A DNA stretch of 59,748 bases, filler included, from Candidatus Desantisbacteria bacterium CG1_02_49_89 (GTDB taxonomy: Bacteria; Desantisbacteria; UBA1551), in the NCBI GenBank assembly GCA_001871075.1. It is 4 parts of 4 records of this genome, joined end to end, with 100 filler letters (N's around TTAATTAATTAA, not from the genome) between each part and the next. Parts side by side here need not be neighbours in the genome. Positions count along the whole stretch, not along the records: positions 1 to 10,112 come from MNUP01000102.1; positions 10,213 to 30,697 come from MNUP01000060.1; 2 more parts are not named here. One strand, 5' to 3'. This document shows positions 1 to 10,254 of this stretch, one piece after another. Numbering within the stretch: position 1 is the stretch's first letter; each line of letters opens with the position of its first letter. Position numbers and translations under genes: made by a program. The notes beneath the pieces were generated by a model. It made no database searches and was not told where the DNA came from. It was given only the letters and a program-made list of their open reading frames with translations.

Positions 1-78
1 AATCCAGATACAAGATTGCTTCGTCACTTTCGTTCCTCGCAATGACAGATAAATCAAGAATTTATATCACGAGGAAAC

Positions 79-2406
79 ATGGAGAGCAAACCTTTCGAGA
101 CCGCAAAATGGATAGCGCCTGCCGGAAGCGAGAAGAAAAAGAATTTTCATTTCAGGGCGAGGAAGAAATTCACGCTGGATGATGCACCCACCGGAAAAGT
201 TCTTTTGCGCATCGCGGCCGAGTCCTATTATATCCTTTACGTTAATTCCTTCGTGGCAGGGCAAGGGCCTGCCAGGGGGACAAGGACAGTTAATTTCTTT
301 GACGCCTATGATATTACGGGCCTTCTGAGAAAGGGCGAGAATTTTATCGCTGTGCTTTCCTGCTGCTGGAACATCCCGACATTCACATCTGCTCCCGCTT
401 TGCCGGCGGTCATTGTCCAGGCGGACGGCATAACTGAAAGCGATCATTCCTGGGAGGTGCTTGAAACACAGGAGTGGAAAGAAAATACACCGATATTTAC
501 GCTGCAGACAGGATTCGCGGATTTTAGGGATATGCGGCTTGAGCCTGAGGGATGGACAGAGGGAAAAGACGGTTTAAAATGGGAACAAGCCCAGGAAATT
601 GCGAACGCGGGTTCGCTCGCAGGCAAAAAACTCCTGCCCAGGGACGTTCCCTCTTTAAGGGAGTCAATTTTTCTCTGCGCAGGCATACCGATCATTGCTT
701 CGGTCCCGGCTTTTGAAAACCCCGAAGATACCGACGCGGCAAAAACAGTATCCGAGGAAAAACATACGGACATTTCCAGCGCGTATTCCCAGAAACTCAG
801 CTGCTTTTGTCTTGGAGGAGAGCACTGCGTAAAAATAGATCCGCTTCCGGATAAGGGCGGGTTTGCGGTAATTTTTGATTTCAGGAAAGAGGTCATAGGC
901 AGGTTTGTGCTTGACATAACCGCGCCGGAAGGTTCCATCGTTGATATCGCGTACGAGGAACAGCTCGTGGATTCCAGGCTGAAGGTAAAACTTGGGGATT
1001 ACGGTTTCGCGGACAGGTACATACTGAGGGAAGGCAGGCAGCAGGTTGGCACGGTTCTGGTTGACAGGGGTTTCAGGATGGCGCAGATAGTGATAAGGAA
1101 TTTCAGCTCACCGGTCCTGATACACTCGGTAAAAGCGGTTGACAGGCGATACCCGGTTTCTTTCAGGGCTGATTTTCATTCAAGCGACGCTCTGCTTAAC
1201 CGCATATGGAGCGTGTGCGCTGAAACGCTTTCTACCTGCACAACGGATGTTTTTACGGATTGCCCGTGGAGGGAGCGCGCGTTCTGGGTCAACGATATGA
1301 TGATCGAAAATATTACCTGGCTGCAGGCTTTCGGGGATCCAAGGGTGAATGCCAGGGCTTTCAGGCTCGCGGTATCCAATGTCCATGATGACATGCTTGT
1401 TCCCGGGGTCTGCCCTGACACGAACGAGGACAGGTTCGTGCTTGTTCCGACAAATCTGTTCCTCGCACTTATGCTTGAGGATTACCTTTATTATACCGGA
1501 GATATGGAGCTTGTGAAAGAGCTCCTGCCGTGCATAAGAAGAATATTGTGGGTCTTCGGATTCTGGGAGGACAAAGACGGTCTTGTTACCGTGCCGGAAA
1601 AATACTGGAATTTCATTGACTGGTCTTTTGAACTGAACAATATAAGCCTTAACGGAAAAAACACCGCCGCGGTGAACTGGATCTACGTCCTTTGCCTTGA
1701 CGCCGTTGCAAGGCTTGAAACAGCGGCGGGAAATCCCTTGGAACCGATAAGAAAATACAGGCAAAAAGCAGACCAGGCAGCGAAAGCAACGGACCTGAGA
1801 TTCTGGGACAAGAAAAAGAAGGCTTATGCCGAATGGGTGGAAGATAAAAAACCCTGCGGGTTCTCTTCCCAGCTTACCCATGCTTTTGCCCTGCTTTCCG
1901 GAAGGCTGGACGAGGAAAGAAAAACAGCCGCGGCAAAAGCTCTTCTTCGGGAAGACATCCTTATGCCTGAGCTTTACATGCATCATTTCGTATTTATTGC
2001 CATGGCAAAGGCAGGCATGCACGCGGAAGCCCTGCGCAGGATAAGGAAATACTGGGGCCCGATTGTTCTGGACGGTTCGCCTACTATTTGGGAGGCAAAT
2101 ATCCACCAGTCAGGCAAAAAGGCGTTCGGAGGCGCGGGTTCTCTATGCCACGGGTTTGCCACAACACCAATAAATTTTTTCCAGACATGCATACTCGGAG
2201 TGAAACCGGCAGGGCACGGGTTTGATGCAGTCCTGATAGAGCCGCATCCGTGCGGGCTGGAGTTCGCGAAAGGGAGCGTGCGCACTCCCAAAGGTGACGT
2301 AGAGGTTGAGTGGGTTAAAAAGAGCGGGAAAGTCAGGGTCAGCGCGAAACTGCCCGGTTATCCGCGGATATCGGAATTCATTGGCAAAAAACTTTTCAAA
2401 CTGTAA
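79..2406 (+). CDS. alpha-L-rhamnosidase-like glycoside hydrolase (GH78-type, (alpha/alpha)6 barrel)
   Basis: 775-aa ORF with GAGGA RBS; motifs TDCPWRER, TIWE and SLCHGFAT typical of Bac_rhamnosid families. Confidence 0.85.
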   Translation: MESKPFETAKWIAPAGSEKKKNFHFRARKKFTLDDAPTGKVLLRIAAESYYILYVNSFVAGQGPARGTRTVNFFDAYDITGLLRKGENFIAVLSCCWNIPTFTSAPALPAVIVQADGITESDHSWEVLETQEWKENTPIFTLQTGFADFRDMRLEPEGWTEGKDGLKWEQAQEIANAGSLAGKKLLPRDVPSLRESIFLCAGIPIIASVPAFENPEDTDAAKTVSEEKHTDISSAYSQKLSCFCLGGEHCVKIDPLPDKGGFAVIFDFRKEVIGRFVLDITAPEGSIVDIAYEEQLVDSRLKVKLGDYGFADRYILREGRQQVGTVLVDRGFRMAQIVIRNFSSPVLIHSVKAVDRRYPVSFRADFHSSDALLNRIWSVCAETLSTCTTDVFTDCPWRERAFWVNDMMIENITWLQAFGDPRVNARAFRLAVSNVHDDMLVPGVCPDTNEDRFVLVPTNLFLALMLEDYLYYTGDMELVKELLPCIRRILWVFGFWEDKDGLVTVPEKYWNFIDWSFELNNISLNGKNTAAVNWIYVLCLDAVARLETAAGNPLEPIRKYRQKADQAAKATDLRFWDKKKKAYAEWVEDKKPCGFSSQLTHAFALLSGRLDEERKTAAAKALLREDILMPELYMHHFVFIAMAKAGMHAEALRRIRKYWGPIVLDGSPTIWEANIHQSGKKAFGGAGSLCHGFATTPINFFQTCILGVKPAGHGFDAVLIEPHPCGLEFAKGSVRTPKGDVEVEWVKKSGKVRVSAKLPGYPRISEFIGKKLFKL

Positions 2407-2429
2407 CAATATATTGCGGAACACGAAGT

Positions 2430-2640
2430 TTAACCACGAATTAACACGAATTTCCACGAATTAAACTCTGTCAACTTTGTAAACTAAATCTGTAACCACA
2501 GGTTAACACAGGTTAAATAAAAATCCTTGTTGTTGCGTTGACACGTTGATACGCTGATACGTTGACACGCTTTTAACTATGACTCTCTGACTCGGCGCCT
2601 GCCCGCCGATCTTGCTGGGCGGGACTCTTTAACACTGAAT
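2430..2640. repeat. composite short-tandem-repeat block; left copy of a long inverted repeat (partner 5680-5898)
   Basis: Stacked CACGAATT, GTAAACT, ACACAGGTTA, GTTGACAC and TGACTCT units plus a GC hairpin; 2491-2630 is the reverse complement of 5687-5826 with one mismatch. Confidence 0.95.
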
Positions 2641-2654
2641 TAAAGGAGTAACGC

Positions 2655-4139
2655 ATGCGTATACTGTACCTTGACATCGATACACTTCGTCCTGACCATC
2701 TGGGATGCTACGGGTATGGAAGGAACACTTCCCCCAACATAGACGGGATAGCGAAAGGGGCAGTAAGGTTTGACAATTGCTACTGTTCGGACGCGCCCTG
2801 CCTTCCTTCAAGGGCTGCGATGTTCTCAGGCAGGCTTGGCATACACAACGGGGTAGTGGGGCACGGCGGAACCGCGGCAGACCCCTGCATTATCGGCGCG
2901 GACAGGAATTTCGGGAACATCCCGAAATATTTTGGCTTCATTGAAATGATAAACAGCGCCGGATACTACACCGTTTCGGTAAGCCCTTTTGCTGAAAGGC
3001 ACGCTGCCTGGTGGTTCTACTCGGGGTTCAGGGAAATGTTCAACACAGGCAAAAGAGGCGGGTCAGAGATCGCGAAAGAGATATATTCCTACGCCATGCC
3101 CTGGCTTGAGAAGAACGCGAAGAAAGATAAATGGTTCCTGCACCTGAATTTCTGGGACCCGCACGGGCCGTACCGGACGCCGAAGGATGAAAGGGCTGAC
3201 CTGGGAGGCACTGCGCCCCAGGCAAAATGGCTTACAAAAGAATTGCTTGACAAGCACCTCGGGAGTTTCGGGCCGCACAGCGCGAGCGAGACGATCGGGA
3301 TAGGCAGCAAGGGAGAGCTTGATTGGTGGGCAAAGAACTATCCTGAAACGCCGGTCTTGATAGACACGCTGGGCAAATTCCACAAGTTCATTGACGGGTA
3401 CGACCAGGGTATAAGATACGCGGATACATATATCGGGAAGATCCTTAAGATCCTGGAAGATAACGGGGTGCTTGAGGATACCGCGATAATCGTCACGTCA
3501 GACCACGGGGAGAATATCGGAGAGCTGAACGTTTACGGTGATCACCAGACAGCGGACTACATAACGAATAGGATCCCGTTCATGGTCAAATGGCCGGGGC
3601 TGAAGCCCGGGGAGGACAGTTCCCTGCATTACCAGGTTGACCTTGCCGCGACATTAGTTGAGTTTCTCGGGATAAAAGTTCCGGCCAGGTGGGACGGTAA
3701 AAGTTTTAAGGACTCCCTCCTGGATAATAAGCCGGAAGGCAGGGAATCTCTGGTGGTCTCCAACTGCGCGTGGTCCTGCCAGCGGGCTGTCAGGTGGCAG
3801 GATTACGTAATGATAAAAACATTTCACGAGGGGCTGAAGGATTTTCCCGAGACAATGCTTTTTAACGTTAGGGACGACCCGCACGAAACCCGGAACCTTG
3901 CAACACAAAACCCCGAGACCGTAAAGAAACTTTTGGGAATGCTGGAATCCTGGCATAAACAAATGATGCAAACTTCTGAGAGCGGGATCGACCCGATGCA
4001 GACCGTTTTGAAAGAAGGCGGGCCCTGGCATACGCGCAACGACGCCGCTGCCTACGCGCAGCGCCTTACCGAGACCGGCAGGGAAGATCACGCCCGCAAG
4101 ATCCTGAAATGGCTTAAACAGGGTCGGTACTGGAAATAA
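2655..4139 (+). CDS. Cys-type sulfatase (choline-sulfatase-like)
   Basis: AAGGAG RBS; DIDTLRPDH, CLPSR (CxPxR formylglycine motif), DPH and SDHG motifs. Confidence 0.9.
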   Translation: MRILYLDIDTLRPDHLGCYGYGRNTSPNIDGIAKGAVRFDNCYCSDAPCLPSRAAMFSGRLGIHNGVVGHGGTAADPCIIGADRNFGNIPKYFGFIEMINSAGYYTVSVSPFAERHAAWWFYSGFREMFNTGKRGGSEIAKEIYSYAMPWLEKNAKKDKWFLHLNFWDPHGPYRTPKDERADLGGTAPQAKWLTKELLDKHLGSFGPHSASETIGIGSKGELDWWAKNYPETPVLIDTLGKFHKFIDGYDQGIRYADTYIGKILKILEDNGVLEDTAIIVTSDHGENIGELNVYGDHQTADYITNRIPFMVKWPGLKPGEDSSLHYQVDLAATLVEFLGIKVPARWDGKSFKDSLLDNKPEGRESLVVSNCAWSCQRAVRWQDYVMIKTFHEGLKDFPETMLFNVRDDPHETRNLATQNPETVKKLLGMLESWHKQMMQTSESGIDPMQTVLKEGGPWHTRNDAAAYAQRLTETGREDHARKILKWLKQGRYWK

Positions 4140-4140
4140 A

Positions 4141-4320
4141 GATCGCATATGGCCGAAGGTGGCGTATCGCACATAGCTTAAAGCTCAAAGGTCAAAGCGC
4201 AAAAGTAAAAGATTTCCACGAAGACACGAAAGTGTCACGAAAGCACGAAATAATTTTACTTTATAAACTATGTAAACTATTTTTTTACGATGTACGATGA
4301 ACGATGCACGATGTTACGAA
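4141..4320. repeat. intergenic mosaic of 7-10-nt tandem repeats
   Basis: GCATATG-, CTCAAAG-, CACGAAA-, GTAAACT- and ACGATGC-type arrays; about 4201-4251 nearly identical to about 23710-23760; 4301-4320 identical to 36451-36470. Confidence 0.85.
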
Positions 4321-4336
4321 ACAAGGGAGTAAAACA

Positions 4337-5658
4337 ATGAAGCCCAACGTCCTGATAGTATTCACTGACCAGCAAAGATGGGATACGCTTGGCGTGCATA
4401 AAAATCCGATGGGCCTTACCCCAACCTGGATTTACTTGCGAAGGAAGGAGTGTTTTTCGAGAACGCGTTCACAAACCAGCCTTTATGCGCGCCTGCCCGC
4501 GCCTGCCTGCTGACCGGGCAGTACGCGACCACTCATGGCGTGTGGAGGAATGGGCCCCTGCTCAAAGCGCAGGACAACACCCTGGCGCACTGCTTCAAAA
4601 AAGCCGGGTACAGGACAGGATACGTGGGCAAGTGGCATCTTTACGACAAGGACCCCGGATACGTGCCGCCGCAGCACAGGGCAGGTTTCGCGGATTACTG
4701 GGTCGCCTCAAACGTGCTTGAATTTACATCCCATCCTTACGAGGGAACGCTTTACGATGGCTCCGGCAAAGAGGTGAGGTTTTCCGGTGTTTACAGGGTG
4801 GATTTCGTTACAGAGAAGCTCATAGAGTTCCTGGAGCAGGATGGCAATTCGCCATTCTTCGCGATGATCTCCTATCTTGAGCCCCACCAGCAGAACGACC
4901 TGAATAGAATGGTAGGTCCTGAAGGTTACGCGAAGAAATATAGGAACCCGTATGTCCCGCCTGACCTGCTCGCGCTTACAGGGGACTGGTTCGAGCAGCT
5001 TCCGGATTATTACGGCAGTATCGCCCGCATTGACGAGTGCCTGGGCAGGATAATCAGCGCGCTGAAGAAAAAGGGCGTTTTTGAAAATACAATAATCGTG
5101 TTCCTCTCTGACCACGGGTGCCATTTCCACACAAGGGTGGGGGAATACAAGAGGTCCTGCCACGACAGTTCGATAAGGATACCTTTCGTTATGCGGGGCC
5201 CGGGCTTCAACCGCAGGCTCGCGGTCAAAGAGCTTGTTGGGATAGTGGATCTTGCCCCGACCCTGCTTGAAGCTGCGGGATTACCGCAGGTTCCAGGAAC
5301 AATGCAGGGGAAAAGCCTTGTGCCGCTGGTTGACAGAAAAGCCGTAAACTGGGAAAATGAGATCTTCGTCCAGATAAGCGAATCGCTTATCAGCCGGGCG
5401 GTACGCACCGAGCAGTGGAAATATTGCGTGGCAACCCCTGACCGCAAAGGGCACGAAGCTCCTTCAAGCGATACGTACGCGGAATACCAGATGTATGACC
5501 TGTTCGCTGACCCGTGGGAACTGAATAACCTCGCAGGCAGGAACCAGTATTCCGAAGCAGCGGCTCATTTGAAGGAAAGGCTGATCGCGAAAATGGCTGA
5601 GGCAGGGGAGAAAGTACCCGAGATCCTCCCTTCAAAATTCAATACCTCCTGGGCCTGA
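4337..5658 (+). pseudogene. sulfatase, frameshifted near 4419-4424 (one base missing; possibly sequencing error)
   Basis: N-terminus MKPNVLIVFTDQQRWD in one frame; CAPAR, GKWHL and SDHG in the 4450-5658 frame; adding one base to ACCCCAAC restores GLTPNLDLLAKEGVFF. Confidence 0.85.
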
Positions 5659-5679
5659 GTGTAAATGTGCGGCTGAATT

Positions 5680-5898
5680 TAGAGTCAAAGAGTTCCGCCC
5701 AGCAAGATCGGCGGGCAGGCGCCGAGTCAGAGAGTCATAGTTAAAAGCGTGTCAACGTATCAGCGTATCAACGTGTCAACGCAACAACAAGGATTTTTAT
5801 TTAACCTGTGTTAACCTGTGGTTACAAATGCAGTTTACAAAGTTTACAGAGTTTACATAGTTTAGAATTCGTGGAAATTAGTGGAAATTCGTGGTTAA
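5680..5898. repeat. composite short-tandem-repeat block; right copy of the long inverted repeat
   Basis: Reverse complement of 2430-2640: 140 bp near-perfect, remainder differs in repeat-unit number. Confidence 0.95.
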
Positions 5899-6981
5899 AT
5901 GTGTGGTATTAATATGAATTCTTTTCCTTATACTTCCGCAATGATAAAGCCGGTGGGGGGCAGGTGCAATTTAAAATGCGCTTACTGTTACTACACCCAT
6001 CATAAAGGCGGCACAGATAAGGCGCTGGGCGTTTGCGAGACAACGGACTTCATCCTGGATTTTGCCAGGGCAGCGGGAAGGCCGGTCAGCATTGTTTTTC
6101 AGGGCGGTGAACCGCTGCTCGCCGGGATAAAATACTACGAAGATGTTTTTTCCGCAATAGCCGAAAGCCGGGTTCCGGCCGCATTTTCAGTCCAGACAAA
6201 CGGGCACTTGCTCACCGAAGATTTCTGCTCGCTCTTTAAAAAATACAATGTGCTTACCGGCATAAGCATAGACGGACCGAAGGAGATAAACGACAAAGCC
6301 AGGCCAGGCTCGTTTGAAAGGACAATGGGCGCGGTAAGGCTGATGCAGAAAACCGGCGTTGATTTCAATACCGTGTCGGTACTTGCGAAACACAATTATT
6401 CAGAAACAGGCGGAGTATATAATTTTCTGAAATCCGAAGGGTGTTTTTACCAGCAGTACATAACCTGTTTCCCGGATTTTTACTCTAAAGGGTGGTTCCT
6501 TTCGGGCGAAGAACTGGAAGGCGCGCTTGACACGCTTTTTAATTTATGGAAGACTGACTGGAAGGATGTTTTCATAAGGGAATTCGACGACCTGCTGAAA
6601 GCAAGCGCGGGCATCCCTGCCTCAGAATGCATGCTGGGCAGGCAGTGTGCCGGCGCGCTTACGCTTTCATCCGATCTTTCGCTTTACTACTGCGACGTGC
6701 CCTCCGTTCAGAAAGCGTTCGCCGGATATTATCCCTGCGACCTTGATAAGATCGCGGAAAGCAGAAAATGCCGGGACTTCATAAGGCGCAAATCGGTATT
6801 CCCGCAAGAATGCCGCAGGTGCGAATGGGTCTCCCTGTGCAACAACAGCTGCCCCGAGATGAGGGTTAGCGGGCTTTACCGTTACTGCAAGGCGATGAAA
6901 AACTTTTTTGAAAAGAACTCAGCCGTCCTTAAAATGATCGCAGAACAGGCATTGAGAAGAAAAGACCTTTTACGATTCTAA
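5899..6981 (+). CDS. anaerobic sulfatase-maturating radical SAM/SPASM enzyme (start may be 5914)
   Basis: IKPVGGRCNLKCAYC (CxxxCxxC), FQGGEPLL, QTNG, SIDGP, C-terminal CxxCx5CxxxC SPASM motif; adjacent to sulfatases. Confidence 0.85.
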   Translation: MCGINMNSFPYTSAMIKPVGGRCNLKCAYCYYTHHKGGTDKALGVCETTDFILDFARAAGRPVSIVFQGGEPLLAGIKYYEDVFSAIAESRVPAAFSVQTNGHLLTEDFCSLFKKYNVLTGISIDGPKEINDKARPGSFERTMGAVRLMQKTGVDFNTVSVLAKHNYSETGGVYNFLKSEGCFYQQYITCFPDFYSKGWFLSGEELEGALDTLFNLWKTDWKDVFIREFDDLLKASAGIPASECMLGRQCAGALTLSSDLSLYYCDVPSVQKAFAGYYPCDLDKIAESRKCRDFIRRKSVFPQECRRCEWVSLCNNSCPEMRVSGLYRYCKAMKNFFEKNSAVLKMIAEQALRRKDLLRF

Positions 6982-7009
6982 CGTCCTGCAAGGCAAATTC
7001 TAATTTTAA

Positions 7010-7043
7010 GTCATTGCGAGAAGCGGAGCGACGAAGCAATCTC
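7010..7043. repeat. GTCATTGCGAG...GAAGCAATC palindromic (REP/RPE-like) element
   Basis: Same family at 13-47, 10368-10451, 25518-25543, 27822-27891, 30905-30935, 32982-33106, 39213-39261, 42686-42734, 43122-43214 and 50800-50884. Confidence 0.85.
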
Positions 7044-7127
7044 TCGCCAAACTTACTTCACCTGTCTGCCTATGTTTCGCTCGTAATTAGCTGATTTACC
7101 ACTAAAAATATAAAAACAACAAAAAAC

Positions 7128-7181
7128 TTGACTTTTGAGTGATTATATGGTATATTCATAAGTGATAGCAGTATTACTTAT
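7128..7181 (+). promoter_or_regulatory. sigma70-type promoter with downstream operator-like palindrome upstream of hsdM
   Basis: TTGACT (7128-7133), 17-bp spacer, TG-N-TATATT (7148-7156); ATAAGTGATA-gcag-TATTACTTAT inverted repeat at 7158-7181. Confidence 0.6.
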
Positions 7182-7205
7182 CTAATAAGTTATGGAGGTT
7201 ATGCT

Positions 7206-8957
7206 ATGAAATGGCTTGAAAGTAGATATTCAGTTCTCTGGCAGGAATTCAAAAACAAGCCTTTTAGGATAGAAGAAGCGGAGAAAGTATTAAAGGAAAA
7301 ATTTAAAGAAGGAAAAGGCCAGGTAAATGTTGTTCTTTCTGAATTCCGCAAAGAAAAATGGCTGGATGCGGAACTTGACCCAGCTGATGCAAGAAAAAGA
7401 ATATATAAACTGATAGAAAATAAAGAATTACTGCGCGATCCTTCCTTATTAAATAGCGGGCCCTTGACAAGGGCAGACCTTGAAGGTCTGCTAAAAAGAG
7501 CTGCCGACTTGATCAGGACAAGGGTTGATTATTCCTTTATATTATTGCTGCTTTTTTATAAGCGCATTAGCGATAAGTGGCATAAGGAATTTGAAGAAGC
7601 GTATAAAGAAGCTCTTGATGATGGGTTAGATGAGAAAGAGGCGGAAGAAGAAGCCCAGAAATCAATGTATCACGATTTTGACATACCGAAAAAATTTTTG
7701 TGGGAAAACATACGAAAAGAACCTGTTAAACTCTCGGAAAACTTTTCTCGCGCGATGAAAGTGCTGGGAGAGAATAACCCGGAATTAAGGGATGCCTTTG
7801 AAAATATTGACTTCATCCAGTTTGCAAATAATCCTGAAAACGCCGAAATATTAAGGCAGCTTGTGGAATTATTCAGCGCGAAACCTCTTTACGATGTTTC
7901 GCCTGATATACTTGGAGATGCTTACGAATGGATCCTGAAATATTTCGCTCCGCAAAAAGCGAAAGAAGGCGAGGTTTATACCCCGAGGGAAGTAATAAAA
8001 CTTATAGTTGAAATACTCAATCCCAAACCGGAAGAAAGCGTTTATGACCCTGCCTGTGGTTCAGCTGGTATGCTTATTTGCTCTTACCAGCATATTGAGG
8101 AAAAATTCAGCAGGGACAAAGCCGATAAACTATTTTTATCAGGGCAGGAAGCAAACCATAAGACTTTAGCTCTTGCGAAGATGAACCTTTACATCCACGA
8201 TATAAGAAACGCGCAGCTTGTTCTCGGAGATACTCTGCTATACCCAAAATTTAAAAAGGGCAATGGTTTAAAGAAATTCAATGTCGTGATAGCAAATCCT
8301 CCCTGGAACCAGGACGGCTACGAGGAAGAAGTCCTTAAGAAAGGCGAATTTGTAAGCGACAGGTTTACTTATGGTTTTATTTCAAGGCAATCTGCTGATT
8401 GGGCATGGATCCAGCACATGCTGTTTTCTGCGGATGGGAAAAACGGCAGGATTGGTGTGGTTATTGACAATGGTGCTTTATTTAGGGGCGGGAAAGAACA
8501 GGCAATAAGGGCTGGTGTGCTCAACGAAGATTTGATAGAATCTGTCTTGCTTCTTCCTGAAAAGTTATTTTACAATACGGGTGCTCCAGGAGGTATAATA
8601 ATTTTGAATAAGAAAAAACCAAAAGAAAGAAAGGAGAAAATTCTATTTATAAATTCTTCTAATGATTACGAACAGCATCCTGATGTAAGAAAACTGAATC
8701 GGCTTGGTCAGCAGCATATAAAGAAGATTGTAGATGCCTATAATGAATTTAAGGAAATAGAAGGCTATTCACGCGCTGTTTCTCTGGACGAGATCAAGGG
8801 GAATGATTATAACCTGAATGTCACGCTCTATGTATTTCCTGAAGAAGAAGTTGAGCAAATTAATATAGAAAAAGAATGGTCAGAATTAAAGAGCTTGGAA
8901 AGCGAAATTCAGGCAACTGAGAGTAAAATTGAAGGTTATCTTAAAGAAATAAAGTAA
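7206..8957 (+). CDS. hsdM: type I restriction-modification N6-adenine methyltransferase subunit with N-terminal winged-helix-like extension
   Basis: HsdM_N region (LKRAADLIR...LFYKRISD), GEVYTPREV, YDPACGSAG (motif I), IANPPW (motif IV), NDYNLNV; AT-rich. Confidence 0.9.
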   Translation: MKWLESRYSVLWQEFKNKPFRIEEAEKVLKEKFKEGKGQVNVVLSEFRKEKWLDAELDPADARKRIYKLIENKELLRDPSLLNSGPLTRADLEGLLKRAADLIRTRVDYSFILLLLFYKRISDKWHKEFEEAYKEALDDGLDEKEAEEEAQKSMYHDFDIPKKFLWENIRKEPVKLSENFSRAMKVLGENNPELRDAFENIDFIQFANNPENAEILRQLVELFSAKPLYDVSPDILGDAYEWILKYFAPQKAKEGEVYTPREVIKLIVEILNPKPEESVYDPACGSAGMLICSYQHIEEKFSRDKADKLFLSGQEANHKTLALAKMNLYIHDIRNAQLVLGDTLLYPKFKKGNGLKKFNVVIANPPWNQDGYEEEVLKKGEFVSDRFTYGFISRQSADWAWIQHMLFSADGKNGRIGVVIDNGALFRGGKEQAIRAGVLNEDLIESVLLLPEKLFYNTGAPGGIIILNKKKPKERKEKILFINSSNDYEQHPDVRKLNRLGQQHIKKIVDAYNEFKEIEGYSRAVSLDEIKGNDYNLNVTLYVFPEEEVEQINIEKEWSELKSLESEIQATESKIEGYLKEIK

Positions 8958-8968
8958 AGGATTTAAAA

Positions 8969-10112
8969 ATGTCGAAATATAAAATATTCGTAAGCGGTGT
9001 GCAGAAAGAGTTAAAACAGGAACGCAGGGCGATCAAGGATTTTATCATAAACGACGCCCTTCTTTCCGAATATTTTGATGTTTTTCTTTTTGAGGATGCC
9101 CCAGCAAAAAGCAAACCAGCCGAGAAGTCCTATCTGAAAGAGGTAAAAAAGAGCGACATATATATGGGATTGCTTGGTATAAAATATGGCAGTTCTGTTA
9201 AGAGCAAAATATCGCCTACTAAGGCTGAATTCTGCGAAGCCCGGAAATTACATAAAACAATCCTATTTTATATCAAAGGTGAGAATGGCGCCAATGACAA
9301 AAAGCGCGAAGAAGGGGTCCAAAAGCTTATTAAAGAGGTTAAGGATTCTAAAAGCGGTTTTAGCTATAAAAGATTTACCGATGCTGGAAATCTTACGCGT
9401 TTAGTTTATGCAAGTATGATTGAATTTCTGAAAGAAAAGGGTATTGTGGGCCGCGGCGCCTTTGACGAACGAATTTGCGTGGATGCCGCGCTTGACGATA
9501 TCGACGAAGAAAAGGTTAGGTGGTTTGTCCGTGCTGCCAGAAATGCCAGGAAATTTCCGCTTGATATCAATACACCTATTAGGGATGTTCTAACTCATTT
9601 AAATCTATTGCGGGAAGGCAAGTTGACTAATGCCGCGATCCTGCTTTTTGGGAAAAATCCGCATCGGTTCTTCCTGCAGGCAGAAGTTAAATGCATTCAG
9701 CTGCCGGGCACGGAAGTGCATAAGCCGTTTCCGTCATATAAGGTCTATAGCGATAATCTGTTTGAGCAGGTGGATAAATCCGTTGGTTTTGTGCTGGATA
9801 TTATAAAGCAGGCGGTTATCCAGCAGGAGCATACCCCGCAATTCAAACGCCCTTTTGAAATCCCTGTTTTTGCAATTGAGGAAGCGATAGTCAATGCCGT
9901 GGCTCATAGAAATTACAATGTCACGTCCGGCGTCCAGGTTATGGTATTTACTGACCGTGTTGAGGTGTGGAATTCCGGCAGTCTTCCGCCGGAGCTGACC
10001 GTTGAGGACCTTAAAAAAACGCATACATCGTTTCCCGCAAACCCGCTTCTTGCCAACGTGCTTTATCTGGCAGACTATATTCAAAGGGCAGGAACAGGAA
10101 CGCTTGAAATGG
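8969..10112 (+). CDS. DUF4062 + ATP-binding/RecG-C-like (HATPase_c_4) protein, truncated by the gap
   Basis: N-terminal IFVSGVQKELKQER (DUF4062-like); LTNAAILLFG, EAIVNAVAHRNY, VEVWNSG and NPLLA...IQRAGTG motifs; runs into the N linker. Confidence 0.75.
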
Positions 10113-10212
10113 NNNNNNNNNNNNNNNNNNNNNNNNNNNNNNNNNNNNNNNNNNNNTTAATTAATTAANNNNNNNNNNNNNNNNNNNNNNNNNNNNNNNN
10201 NNNNNNNNNNNN
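10113..10212. other. artificial contig linker
   Basis: 44 N + TTAATTAATTAA (stops in all six frames) + 44 N. Confidence 0.98.
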
Positions 10213-10254
10213 ATTATATGGGCTGGGAAGTGTATTACCATAATAAATAACAAC

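Noticed and set aside
10113-10212. TTAATTAATTAA palindrome within N runs (also 30698-30797 and 50930-51029)
   Set aside because: Identical 44N-12-44N layout three times; an artificial six-frame-stop contig linker
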